NCBI GenBank assembly: GCA_013239625.1
Contig: MU053365.1
Coordinates: 1,398,115 to 1,462,114, forward strand
Origin: Lama guanicoe
Lineage: Eukaryota
Direction: 5' to 3'
DNA: 64,000 nt
The position numbers and the translations under genes were made by a program. Below are positions 49,564-62,056 of the stretch, one piece after another; within the stretch, counting starts at the first letter, position 1, and the number at the start of each line of letters is the position of its first letter. The notes below the pieces were generated by a model that had not been told where the DNA came from, did no database searches, and was given only the letters and a program-made list of their open reading frames with translations.

Positions 49564-51217
49564 TTTACTTATATCTATCTGGCTCTATGGATTTAGGAAT
49601 GTCAGTTACCTACTGTGGTCTTGAAGGGCTGTTTGATTTTTTGTTTGTTTTTATGTAAAGTGAGAGTGTTCCTGTGTAGACTGTGTGTTTTTAATAGTTT
49701 TGTTGCGAGGGCTGTTCTTAGTGTGGATGGTTGCTATATCTTTCTTCTGTGTTGGCTGTTATCCCTTTGATTGGAGGTGTGGTTGGTGTGGTGATCGGAG
49801 GCTTCCCTGAAGGTTGTTGAGTGGGGCCTCTTTTTTTGTTTTGTGGTTGTTACAGCCTTGACAGGGGCTGGTTCTGCTCCCCTGTTTCTGGAATAGAGGC
49901 TTCTAGACCCGTTTCTGAGCTGTGGTGTGTGGTAGGCAAGGTTGGAGGGCTTGAGCTGAGAAGAAGAGTAGGCAGGAGATGTCCACTGGAAGTGCTTTCT
50001 GTGGTGTTGTCTGTCACGTGTTATGTGGGCTTAGAAAGTACTCTTTGTTGACACTGCCTTTGGCCCCACCTTAGCTGTGGGAATGTTGGCCACCCACTCT
50101 GGTGTCCGCCAAGTTCTGAGCCCCAGGAACCGCCAGGGCAGATCCACCAATGTCAGGCATTAGGGCTCGCCGTAGTGAGCGTGCAGTCACACATGGGAAT
50201 CCGTGGTGCACCACAGGGTCAGAGCAGACCCCAGCCCGCCTCCATGTATGGTCCATAAGCCAGCCTGTTGTAAATACCTGTACTCGCCCCAGCTCCAGAA
50301 CTCTGCTCACTGCCTGTTTGTCCCAGAGGCACAGGTCCACAAAGGGTCCAGAGAGAGCAAATCCACCCTCTTTGCCTGGGGCTGTAAACGAATCTCAGTC
50401 CCACCTGTGAATTTGCAGGGCCTCTGGGTATGGAGTCAGCTTTCAGCCCCACCTCTGTGCAGCAGGGATGGCTATCAAAGAGCCCCACCTCTCTTCTCGG
50501 GAGGACACGCCAACATGGAGCCAAGCAGACAGTGGCTGTGGTGAGGCTGCGTTGCGTCCCTCCCCGACATGCACACCGGCAGTGGTGCTTTTTATAGGGG
50601 TCCCAGGCTGTTCTGTTCCACACACACCCCCAGCCAGAGCTTACACTGCCCTCCAATCCCCTGAGGCTGCCTCTGTGCAGTGGGCCCCAGCCCTCTCCCT
50701 GGGCTCCTCACCGATCTCCAGCAGCCAGTCCTGGCTTGTCCCTGCCAGCGCACATCTAGGGCCAGGGATCGCAGGGACCCTTTGTGCCAGTTTCCCTTAG
50801 TTCTGTCTGCCAGGCGACTGCCACTTCCTCCTCTGAGCATTGGATGCTCTGCTTCTGTCCCCGCTGACCTCCTGACTAGAGAGTGGGCATCCCAGCGCGA
50901 GGGTACCTTTCTTCCTATGTTGTTCCCTCCCTGCAGGACTGGCCCTGCACTGTTTTTTTCTTTTTTATTTATTTATTTATTTATTTTTTACTGGATTTTA
51001 TGAGAATCCTCCTGTATTTCGAGTGAGAGACACTCTGCCAGAGTTGAGCAGGTGTTCTGTGCGATTTAATGGGTTTGTAGATGTAATTTTTGGTGTATTT
51101 GTGGGAGAGGGCGAGCTGTGACTCTCTCTTCTCCACCATCTTGGCACTTCTCCTTTCTTCCATTTTTTTAATCATCCAAGGTATGTATCTGAAGTATGTT
51201 CACATGTACTATGTATT

Positions 51218-51248
<31 letters not shown>
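51218..51248. repeat. (TG)n microsatellite
   Basis: Seen directly, one interruption. Confidence 0.9.
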
Positions 51249-51249
51249 A

Positions 51250-51455
51250 CAGTTGACCCTTGTATAATATGAGGTTTAGTCTGTGTGTAACTTATAGTTA
51301 GCCTTTGGGCTTAGGTATGTGTGGTTCCACCACATCCAAGGATTCCACCAACCATGGACTGTGACTGTGTAGTACTGAGGTATTTACTATTGAAAAATAT
51401 CTGCATATAAGTGGACCCATGCAGTTCAAGCCTGGTGTTGTTCGAAGGTCAGTGG
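51250..51455. mobile_element. Tigger2a-like element, opposite orientation to the copy at 10-222
   Basis: TA|CAGTTGACCCTTG...tataagtggacccatgcagttcaa...gtgttgttcgaaggtcagtgg|TA. Confidence 0.82.
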
Positions 51456-53594
51456 TATAGTCTACTCCATCAAGCAAAGTGTAACATTAGCATAGTACAT
51501 TTTGACTTACGGAGTAAGTTATTTTGTTTCTATTCTTTAACAACAACAGCAACAACAACAATTTGTTGCATATCGTATTTGCTTGTAGAATTTCAGCGTG
51601 TTTCATTTACCACTATAGAGTGTAGGACAATTGTATAACCTCTATGTGTGTGACTATTACATGTAGGATAGTATGTCTTTGTGTAGGGATCACTTACTTT
51701 AAAATTAATTCTAGAGAGTTTTCTCTGAATGATGAGTGCCATAATTTAAGTAAACATCATATTTAAAATGAAAATACATATGTGGTCAATAGAAATACTT
51801 GGCCTTGACCCAAGCTGACTAGTTTTCTGTGGGTTACATTGCTGGGTAGCGGGAAGATGCTGAAGGTCTCAGTATGGACGCTCCCCTGCAGCCAGTGCAG
51901 TTCCATCAATGTCTTCCTAAGCTCAGCTGTGATCTTAACAAGCCCTAGCTGAGTCTCTTCATTTTTACTGTTTTTTTATTTTTTAATTCCAAGTATAAGA
52001 GCAGTTACAGTTGGATGGGGATAGCATGAAACTCAGAAAAAGAAAGGTGCTTGTCAAATTGAATATGGTGCCCTGCTATTTCCCAGATGTTTTGAATTTC
52101 ATTTTGAGAGTAACATCCCTCTGGGGATGTCTGAAGAACAGTATGACAAGTTAAAATCTGCGTGCCTCAGAGCTTTGTATTTTCTTGTTCAAATATTTTT
52201 TTGGGCAACTACTTAATTTAGGATTGTCTTTATTTTCTGTCTTAATTAATCCATGAAGAAAGTAGGGCTCAGGCAGGGTCATTGGAAACCTATTCTGACT
52301 CCTTCTGCTGAGTTTTCACCATGTTATGTCCAGGAAATATCTACTAGGAATATTAATGCAAACTTCTATTGGTCAGAAAGTTCTCAGTACTGTGGGAGAG
52401 GAGCTACAAGGCAAGGTACGTGCCTTGAGCTATGACACAGCATGATGAGCAGAACGAAGAGAGTGTTTTATCAGGACGCTTTATTGCATTTGTGGAGTGT
52501 CAGCCTGGCCTGCTTCCTTTGTATTTCCACGCTCCCTCACCCACCAGCACAACACAGGCCCACATGCATGTTCACTGCCTTCCCCAGTACTGGGAAAGCC
52601 TCTGTCTCTGTCTCTGCCTGTTTTATGCCTTCCCTCACTCTGCCAGATGTATTGGTGACATTCAACCTGAGTTTTCTGAACTCCCAACATGACACAAGGG
52701 AAGGACTAGATGCTCTTGCTTTCTTGGGATAACCTCTGTTCCCTAGTACTCCTTAAGTTTACTATACCCTGAGTTTGCTACACACGTTGCCTACAGGAAA
52801 CTTTGTGTTATCAGGCTCAAACATTTTAGACCTTTGGTTTTCTACTGGGTTTGGATCCTTTGAGTTCACCTTAAGTCCCAGGGAAGGCTCTCTTGTCCCA
52901 ATCTTCTTACTACCTGTCGGCCTGGACGCTGAACTGTTGGCCGATTCCCTTACAGACGAAAACAGAGCCCGTGTCTGTTTGTTCCCAGTCGGTACCAATG
53001 AGCCTATTTCCCCTAGGTCTGGAATTTGGAAATGTTGACATTATGTTTGAACACCGAGAAATCTCTCCTCAGTTATTCTTTCCCCTTGATCCATGTGGTT
53101 TTTATTCTTAAACTGTTTTCCTCCTAAGACCCCTAAGTTGTAATATATGTTTTTATGTGCATTTATATTTTAGCAAAATACCAAAAATGCCTTTGGCTTC
53201 TAGATGTTATATAAGGAAAACATGCAATGTTATGACTGTTTCGTTTTCCTCCCCTTCTTGCTAAAGCTATTTTTCCTTAAGAAACTTACAGCAAGAGTGG
53301 GCAGCTAGGGGAAGGAGGAAATCTGCTACTGGTAAAGAAATTCCTAAGATCTTTCCAACCCTATTAATTTTGTTTAAAATACGTCTACAAATCAACTGCA
53401 TTTCACTAATATGTAAGTGGCTAAAAATCCATGACTTCATGTTGGGTTGAGCTATCTGCTACACATGGAGCCTGTTCATTTCTCAGGTCCATGGGAATAG
53501 CTGAGAGTCATTCTAATATGACACTCGAAGGAGGAGGGCACTTCATCAGAGAAGTTGCTCTTCTGAACCACAACAAGTTTTAACCAAAAAGGGT

Positions 53595-53660
53595 AGAGAG
53601 AGAGAGAGAGAAGGAAGGGAAGGGAAGGGGGGGGGGAGGGGAAGGGAAGGGAAGGAGAAG
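53595..53660. repeat. Polypurine (AG)n/(GGGAA)n tract
   Basis: About 66 consecutive purines seen directly. Confidence 0.9.
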
Positions 53661-53717
53661 TGAAGGTTTATGTGTAGTATTTGTGTAATTATGTTAACTC
53701 CAGAGGAAAGGGTTGAG

Positions 53718-53895
53718 GCTCTGCTATCCAATGTACATTTCTGCAATGGTGCAAATGCTGTCTGTGCTGTGCAATATGGTAGCTACTGGCTGCACGTGGC
53801 CACTGAGCACTTGAAATGTCGCTAATGTGAATGAGGGACTCATTTTTATTTTAACTTGAATAGCTACACGTGGCTAGCATCTGCAGTACTGGGTG
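53718..53895. mobile_element. MER3 (hAT-Charlie)
   Basis: ttctgcaatggtgcaaatg...caatatggtagc...ctgagcacttgaaatgt...tagctacacgtggctag. Confidence 0.8.
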
Positions 53896-54389
53896 GCTAA
53901 GAGTGAGGATTGGACTCGAGAGTGAGCTGCAATGAGCTTCTCACGGTCTTGGCACGCACAGACTTCAAGGCTGGGGATTTTCTGCATAATCAGTCTCCTC
54001 CATTTCTAGTGCTTCTGGGTTGATTAGTCCATTTCATTTTTACTTCTTATGGATTCCTCCTTACCATATTTGTTCAACAAATTTGTTCTAATGCATGGAG
54101 TGTTGTGACATGTGCTATTTCTAAAGATATGCAACTTTTATTCAGAATGACATTTACATAGATTTGATTAAATACATTTAATTTCCTCCTACTTTGTAAC
54201 TTGTTTGTTGTGAACAAGTAATTCTCACATCACTGAGAATACAGACTTGAAGAAGAGGTGTAAACGGAGGGAGGAGATAGGGAGATATTTTTAATTTACC
54301 ACGTTCTGACTACCAGTACCTCATTTATTGCTTTTTGAATTTTTATCATCAGATAAGCTAGATAAACACATTCGAGGCCTGTAGTGGAT

Positions 54390-55090
54390 CATGGAGACAT
54401 CTTGTACAATCTCTAATCGAGTGACTTTTTCCTCCTTGCCACTGCCCGTCCTCACTGCTTTCCCCACAATTTGCTTCTCAGCCTCTTTCAGGAGTTTCAG
54501 TGATGGGAACTCCTTCTCGTTGCTTCCTGAAGCTGCCCATTTGCTGTTGGGTGACTTCCATCCTTATAAAGTTCCTCCTTATGTTGTGACAGAATCTGTT
54601 TTCAGCCATGGTTTCTACTTGTAGGATAACACAAGAACGTGCAAGTCTATTTCCATATCTCCTTCAAATCTCTGAAGATAAAACTATTACATAGAATTTC
54701 TGAATTTATTTCCAATTAATTTATTCATGGTAGACCTTCAAGTCTCCTTAGTGTCCTGTCCTGGTTATCTTGACCTGGACATATGCTAGTTTGTCAACAG
54801 TGCAGTGGAAGTAGTACTCAAAACTGAAACTGACACTTCAGGTGAAGTTTTTCAATAACAGAATTTAGCTGAATGTTCACTTCCTGAGTTCTGGATGCGA
54901 CACCTTTATTGATAAAGCCCAAGAGTACTTTAGCTTTTTTAGGTTTTTTAAAGCCACACCAGTACTCATACTGAACATATAGTCAGCTAAAGGGCCATAG
55001 TCTTTTTCACAAGTGTTAAGTCATGTCTTTCCTGCAGTGGTATAGTTGTCTTTTGGTGACCAAGTGCAGGACTTTATATTAAGCCATCTT
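54390..55090 (-). mobile_element. L3/CR1 fragment
   Basis: cagtgatgggaactcc...ctcaaaactgaaactgacacttcaggtg...ccaagtgcaggactttatatt. Confidence 0.65.
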
Positions 55091-55104
55091 GATAACTTTG
55101 GTGA

Positions 55105-55537
55105 TGTGGTGGACACTGTGATGCATTGCCAGATCTCTCTTCAGAAATGAACTTGTTTCTCCTACTGGGAATGCTAATGTCAATAACCTGAAGCTGTCAG
55201 AAATCTTTGGAGATGGTCTCAGCTAAAGAAAACTATCTTGCCAAGATCACCCTTACTTTTAGGGGAGGCCTCCATCTACTGACTGGTCAACTCAAGGGTC
55301 TATAACGTGCCCTTCTTCACACTGAGGGCAATTTTCAGGGCTATCTCAGGTCCATTACTCCCTTTGGGGAGTAAGAGGGACCTTCACTGGGATTGTATCA
55401 CATATCAGTTTCTCCCTCTTCTTATCCCTGGTTCCTTTCCTTTCATACATGTTGATCTCAAGAGCCCTCCCTCATACATCTCCTGCATGCTGATTTCTAG
55501 CTCCGGGTCTGCTGCAGCTTCATAGAACCCCATTTGT
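55105..55537 (+). mobile_element. LTR16A-like ERVL solo LTR
   Basis: tgtggtggacactgtgatgc...gctgtcag...ctcagctaaagaaaac...tgactggtcaa...gttgatctcaagagc. Confidence 0.7.
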
Positions 55538-55619
55538 ATTTGCATGTTATTCCAGTCTGAGCAGCAGATTCATTTTGGATCCTGCATCTGTTATCAAAGG
55601 AATCAGGCATTCTAATTTC

Positions 55620-56170
55620 CAGATAAGATTCCTTTCCTAGGTCCAGACCCATTCTTTAAACTCTTTACTGGATGTCTACTTTGATGTGTCATAGGCATCC
55701 CAAATATAACACATCCACAGCTGGACTCCTCATTCCCAAGCTCCCCCTCTAAGCCTGTTATTCTGACTACAACTCAGTCACCCACCCTAGGTGTCGTGTT
55801 GTCCTCTCCCTCAGCTGAAATACTCAGTGTCCTTATTTCCCTTCTCTGCTGTTTCCCTAATTCAAGCCCTTATCATCCACCACTTACACTGTTGGAATAG
55901 CCTCCTCTGTGGCCTCCTGTGTCCCCAGTCTTTCCTCATGACACTCCACCTCTTGTCACATGACCACCAGAGAATCTTTCTAAAACATTGGTCTGATCAT
56001 GTTACCCTCTGATTTGAAAACTTTGATGCCCTTTCCCCTACTCCCTTGCTTAAAGGATCAAGTTAATATTTCGTAGGCTGGTCTTAAAGACTTTTACCTT
56101 TCTCTCTTTCCTGTTTTATCTGCTTCTGACTCTCTTCATATGTACTCTAGTCTCTAGTCACACTAGTCTC
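55620..56170 (+). mobile_element. L2 fragment
   Basis: ctggatgtctactttgatgtgtcataggcatc...aatagcctcct...ccagagaatctttctaaaac..tctgatcatgttacc. Confidence 0.75.
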
Positions 56171-56699
56171 CAATCATAAACACTTTCCTATATGCTTCTT
56201 GGAGGCAGGCCATGTGTGCTTGCTTTCAGGCTTGCTCTCCAAAACATAATGCAGTGCCAGACATACTGTGGTTCCACTGGGTCCCCAGTGTGGGGCACAG
56301 GTGACAGGGTATGTCCCTTCCATAGAGTGGAACAGGGGATTCAAAGTTAGAAGGTGACAAAAGGAAAGAAAGGTATAGAAAACTTATCATGACCAGGTAA
56401 GTCACAAGTATGAATTTATAGGCCTCTTTTAAGTACTTTTAAAATGGTTTGATGTTATATTTCTTTTCTTACTATTAGTGAATCTGAGAAGTTTGAACTT
56501 TTTGTATCTTGTTGATAATTAAACTGGTGTGCCCCAGACCAAGATGCCATAGCAGATTAAAAGTGCATTTATGTAGAGAATGTGGTTTTAGGATTCTTAG
56601 AATTGCTGAGGGGGGAAAAGAAAAAAAAAGTTGCTCAAGTAGTTAAATGAAATGTTAAACATATTTTTCCTTACGAAAGACACATTTATTCATATTTTT

Positions 56700-57555
56700 C
56701 TCTTAGAAGGCAAATGTCAGGTTTAGATAGTGTTTCTTGGTGTTGGATTTAGCATGAAGTATAAGTTCAAAGGTTGTAATTCTGTGGAATTACTGGAATG
56801 AACTGAATAGTTTAGTGGCTTCAACCTGATAAACAAATGGACAGAGTCAAAATCCTTCAAAATGACCCAAATGAGAATGCTGGGCTGAAATCAGCAGAAG
56901 GAAATTTACAAAAAGTAATTATTTAATTCTGAATTTAATTTTAAAAATGTTCACAAAATAGAGGAGATCTGCCTTAGAAGTGGTTTATGTGAAAAAGAAT
57001 TGTGTATTTTTGTAAGTCAACAGTTGATGTGACTGTTAAAAATGGGATGAAATCCCTACAATGTCTGCATCACAGAATAAATAGCTAACCAATGTTGTAT
57101 TGATTTAAGCATCAGGGACATTGTATTCAAATTTAAAGGGAATAATGCCAAATTAGGCTGCCTCCAAAGGAAGGCAAACTGGATGGGGAAGGCTTTGCTT
57201 TCAACTAGGAAAGGTTAAAACAGCATAAATACTAAACTGGAGAAGAGGTGACTGCCAGATGGGGAGGTCACACTGGAAGCATGATTATGTAGAAGGACAC
57301 AGCATTGGGTTATATCAATTGGCAATAAAGATGGGTAAAAGTTAAAAGAATGACAATTTTGGCTCAAAATAAGACTTTATATTCTGATACATCTAAAGAT
57401 ATCCAAAAGCATAGTGTGTTTCCTTTTGTGGTAATGAGTTTCATGTCATTAGGAGCAAGCAAATTAAAGCTATATGGCATTTAATAATGCTGTTGAAAAT
57501 ATCACTTGTGAGGTGGGACCAGATGGCTACCAAGGGCCCTTTTAGGTTTCAGTGC
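56700..57555 (+). mobile_element. L3/CR1 3' portion
   Basis: gacagagtcaaaatccttcaaaatgac...tgggctgaaa...gtcaacagttgatgtgactg...tgggaccagatggctaccaagggccctt tail. Confidence 0.65.
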
Positions 57556-57709
57556 CAGAATGCTTTGGTATATATTGAAGTGTTGTTGATGAAGGCCATT
57601 TTGGATTCCCAGCTATATTTTAAATTAAGTTGTGTAATGTAGTATGTCTTTCCATTTTTTAAACATTAAAACATTTTTAAACATAAAATTTGTATTTTAA
57701 AGAGTAGAT

Positions 57710-57930
57710 AGATTGTGAATAGCATATAGAAATTAAGAGCAGGATGTTTGTTCTTGGTTCTACGACTTGCTAGCTATGAGTAAGTCATTTTTCTTCTCTG
57801 AACATTAGTTGTTTTTTCCTTTACTGTCAAATATGAATAACAATAGTACATAAATTATGGGTAGTTGTAAGGATGAAGTGAAACATAAAGCACTCAGGTA
57901 AATGGTTATTATTGTTATTGTTGTTATTAT
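57710..57930 (+). mobile_element. MIR
   Basis: acttgctagctatgagtaagtcatttttcttctctgaac...gtagttgtaaggatgaagtga; (TTA)n-like tail. Confidence 0.7.
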
Positions 57931-59751
57931 TACTTGTTTCTCTGTAATTATCGGAGGTTAAACCAAAAATGTTTCCTCCCTGTTGAAATAATGCAGACAT
58001 TTTACTCTTTGCTTATAACATAATAAGGCTCCCTTTGTGATCACATCTTGTAATTATCTGATAAGTTATCCTTACTAAGTCTATGGGCAGTTTCAAACTT
58101 TAATTCTTTCACTTTTATTTGCAACATAAAAAATAACAGTATTCATGAGGCAACAGATGAAAACGTTATCACTTTTTGAATTATACATTCAGTTGAAAAT
58201 TAAATGATTTAAAATGTAATTGCTTCTGGAAATGACTTTATGAGCAGTGGAGGGATTTAGTGGAGGAATGAAAAATAAAGCAATTGCATAAAGCATGATT
58301 TGATTCCTTACCATGGCTTCATGTGAAAGACTCAGTTATTGCCCTGTTTTTCAGAATGTGATCACTTTGATATTGGTAAACAGCAATTTGCTATTCTCTA
58401 ATCATATATTTTGAAGTACAGTTAGTGCGTGTTTATGTTGGTGGCATTAGAACTCAAATTTAAGTTACATCTTTTCTCAAATGGAGACACAAACTGAATT
58501 GGACATAATTGTTCTCATTTGCTTAAAGTGATACTGTTAATAGTAAAAATGTTCTCATCTGTAAAGTAACGATGCTTTCTTTATGGGGTAACAGCGATAT
58601 TAAAGACAGTGTATATGACATAAAAAGCTTTATAAACAGAAAATTTGAACAGTTTTAAACATTTATTTACTACAGAAGTACTTGAATCCTTAAATGTGAG
58701 AATGTTCATTAGGACACTCCAAGAGAAGCACTGTATTTGGCATTTTCCTAACTCTCTTGACCATGGTGCCGTTTTTTCTTTGCTGGATCATTTTGAGTGA
58801 CTAGTTCTGGGGTGGCTTTGCTGAAGACTGTCACTTTGTAGAAAGGAGGTTAGACTTTCCCAAGATCACACAGCAATTTAGTGATAGTGACAAAACAAGT
58901 ATATAAATATTTCCCACTCATAGTCTAGTACTCTTTCCTCTCTAAAATAAATGTTGAATCCTTGATTTGACTATTTTCTTGGAAATCACTGGTTGCCAAT
59001 TAATTCATCTGTATTTCTGCCGAAGAGGGAAATGAATTGTCTATCAGGATCTTAATGCATAAAATGAAGGCAGTGGCCAAGGGCTCCCTTTTGAGGCATC
59101 AATGACTTAAACTTTTGGGGTTCAAATGTCTCCTTGGTGAAGATTTTCCCTTCTTGAGCATTTCCTGCAGGAGTTCTTGGCTTTACTTTGTTGACAAAAC
59201 AATTGTCTAGTTCATTTTGACACATTTATTAATAAATATAATTACATATGTTGGTCTGTGCATTTATACAGCTAGATACATAGACACATAGTTTTACAAA
59301 TTGGGATCATAATATACTGGCTGTTTTTAATATGTATTAGATTCAATTCTCTTTGATTTAACATTGAAAAAATAAAGAATATAAGTGAAGAAATCTCTAA
59401 ACTTCAAATAAATATTACTTCTCCAAAAGAGTTATTAGATTCTGTAACTTCTATCTTGAGATAATAAAAATATTATGAAAAACATTGAGGGGTTGGAATT
59501 CTTATTTTTAAAACTACATGTGTGCTAGGCTGCCTCTAAGATGGCCCCCAATGATTTTATTTTTACATTGTCAAAGGTTTTAGCGTTTTTACAATGATGT
59601 CAAAGTTTTGTTTTTATCATTTTTGTTCTGTCCCGTAACCATAATTCCTTCAGATATCTATTGCCAGAAGAGTGTTTCTACCCCGTCTTATTTATGACTA
59701 CCTTTTTTTCCCACTGGTTATTGTGCACTAATGCTCTCTCTGTTATTGCAG

Positions 59752-59962
59752 AGGGTGCAGTAAGAACATAGCTCTCAAAACCAAAAGACATGGATTTGCT
59801 TGCAGGGGTAGAAACTGTGTAACAGGGAAAACGCTACTGTTCTCTTTAGGCTGTCTTCGAGGAGGGAAACCCACAGAGCCGCGGAGATGATGGCAGCTCT
59901 GAATTGGAAGGGAGAGCAGGCAGAGTCTCTGGCATCCCGCAGCAAGGAACTGGGTACAGAAG
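59752..59962 (+). other. Candidate plus-strand exon (alternative acceptor at 59850)
   Basis: Branch-point-like CACTAAT (59726-59732), gctctctctgttattgcag|; second acceptor ttctctttag|; consensus donor AAG|gtaagt; purine- and CpG-richer body. Confidence 0.5.
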
Positions 59963-61414
59963 GTAAGTGACATGTCTGTGGGTGACATAGCTAGTAGATG
60001 GTAGCATCGGGGTTAGAACCAAGGTGATTTACATTTCAGTGGAAGTCTGTCCTTAACCGCCATTCTCGACTGCCTTGTGAGGGAATGAGAACGGACTAAC
60101 TGATGGTCAGCATTATGACCGTGGCTTTGGCTCTCCAATGTGAGGGAGGAATTGGCTTGGTTCAGGGTGAGTGTTTGATAACAGAAGAAATGTATGCCCA
60201 TTCCTTTCCATTTCAGGAAATATCAAAAGTGTGACTTGGGGCTTTACTTTTTACAAAGTGGTGTTGCTGGAAGGGGAATAAACCACTTGCTAAGAGCAAA
60301 TCTACCAAGAGCTCTCCTTGTAAATAAACCACCCCTTTCATTGGCTTCTTTCCTCCTCACACATTCAAGTACTGTTTAGCTTCACTGTGAGTGCTAAGTG
60401 CTTTATGTTTCCAGGCACTTTAGAGGATGGCCGAGTAGCTGATTCGTATTATTCTCTTTTTTGTTCCTCTCTTGGCTTTGGCGCTCTTGACTTCCCACTG
60501 TTACCCTCTTGCACGAGCTAGATGTGGCTCAAAGAGGTAATACCCTACTTGTCTGTGCTGCATGTAGCTCCTGGGATCCATGTAGACTGTTGAGTGCTGA
60601 CGGTAGATTACCCACCTGTTGCATCTTGCACAGTGTTTTAGGGCACCACTGCTGGGCAAAGCCCTCCCAGCTCCTGCTGTCTCATGGGCTTACCAATTAC
60701 AAGTAGGTGTCTAGCTTTAAACCAGATTTAATTGATATCAATACGGGAGTTTAATTGGGGTTTTTGTAACTTAGGAAAATGGAACCATCTTGAAGTCAAT
60801 TGAAATTTGGCCCAATTTAAGGTGAAAAGAACTTGTTGAAGATTTTAGCCCACTTAAGAATTAGAGAATCCATCTGGCCACAATGTACAGTATATAAAAG
60901 TGGCTTCATACAATAGTATAAGCAGAATTTTTCTGATCAAAATGGAAGTATAACACAATTTTAAAAATACAGACATAAGAGCTTCTTATATATATTTCTA
61001 AATTTTTCTTAGATTTTTAAATTTTAGAGAAGATTTTTGTATGTATTTGAATGCTGGTTTCTCTTTTTTTTCTGAGTCACAAATGAATCATTAAACATGA
61101 ATCATAGTAATCTTTTAAAAAATCTATTTATAGTGACGTTTTGTGTTTGTTTCTTACTCTCAATGTTGCTTTGGAAATTACTGGAATACAATTGTTATGA
61201 AAAATCCCCAGGAAAGGAGCTGGATTTTTTGGAGGTTTTTTGTTTGTTTTTTTTTTATAATAGTAGATATCAGCCTCTTACATTTACATAATACTGGAAA
61301 GAACAGTCATTCCTGTGTGCTGTCTCTTGATTATTACTGCAAAATTGTGAGACAAGTACATCAGATGTTCTTAGTCTCATTTTATAGATTTGCAAATTGA
61401 GATTCTAACAGATT

Positions 61415-61890
61415 GCACTGTTCAGAAAACTTCTAGTTGCAAATGTAACACACACTCATAACTGCTGAAAGGGAATTTATTGGTTCGGGGTATTTGGGAA
61501 GGATGGACGGGTCTGGCCTCAGGATCTAACGTGCCCAGGTACACATGTGGCAGTTGGTCTCTTTATTGCTGCTTCTCCAGCTCCTATTGCAGCTTCTATT
61601 CTGTGTGGTGGCCTTTTTCTCTCAAGTTCCTCCAGCTAGCTAAGAACATGGTTCCTGGCAGGTATGGGAGTTATATATTTGCTTTTTTGAAATCCACTGG
61701 GGAAGAGAAAGCCCACCACCGTCCTGCTCAGCATCAACTCTGGAAACCCTGGAGAAAGATTTTGGGTAGCCTGGCTTGGGTTATGTACCATGTCTTGTAT
61801 CAAAATTCACACTCAAGGAGAAACAGGATTTTGACTGACCTGGCCTAGGTCCGACAGGCACACATGTGGCCAGGGGAGCAAGGTCTGTAA
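61415..61890 (-). mobile_element. MLT1K/L-like LTR
   Basis: ttctagttgcaaatgtaaca...aaagggaatttattgg...gcctggcttgggttatgt. Confidence 0.6.
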
Positions 61891-62056
61891 CAGAGAAGAT
61901 GAAACCATAGAAACCACAGAGGGTAAATGATAGCTCAAGGCATTTTCACCCCTGGTCCAGTCCTTCCTCCCACCATGTCTGCTGTAGGCTATTTCTGTTC
62001 TCCAGAATGTTTCCTCTTAGAAAGAATTTACACAAAGGTCCCATTCACTTACTTTC

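Larger units (their letters stand above)
47606..51153 (-). mobile_element. L1 with 5'UTR, degraded ORF1, inter-ORF spacer, ORF2 start and 3'UTR; most of ORF2 deleted
   Basis: 5' end AGGAGAAGTGCCAAGATGG; GC-rich 5'UTR about 49565-51153; ORF1 and endonuclease peptides; jump to the ORF2 C-terminus at about 47985. Confidence 0.92.

Noticed and set aside
47561..51170. TSD for the long L1 (tttgttcattttt / tttcttccattttt)
   Set aside because: Low-complexity and imperfect; the 3' end of the element is missing
49821..51175. Dense cluster of overlapping 60-145 aa ORFs on both strands
   Set aside because: Expected from the GC-rich L1 5'UTR (few stop codons); no recognisable protein
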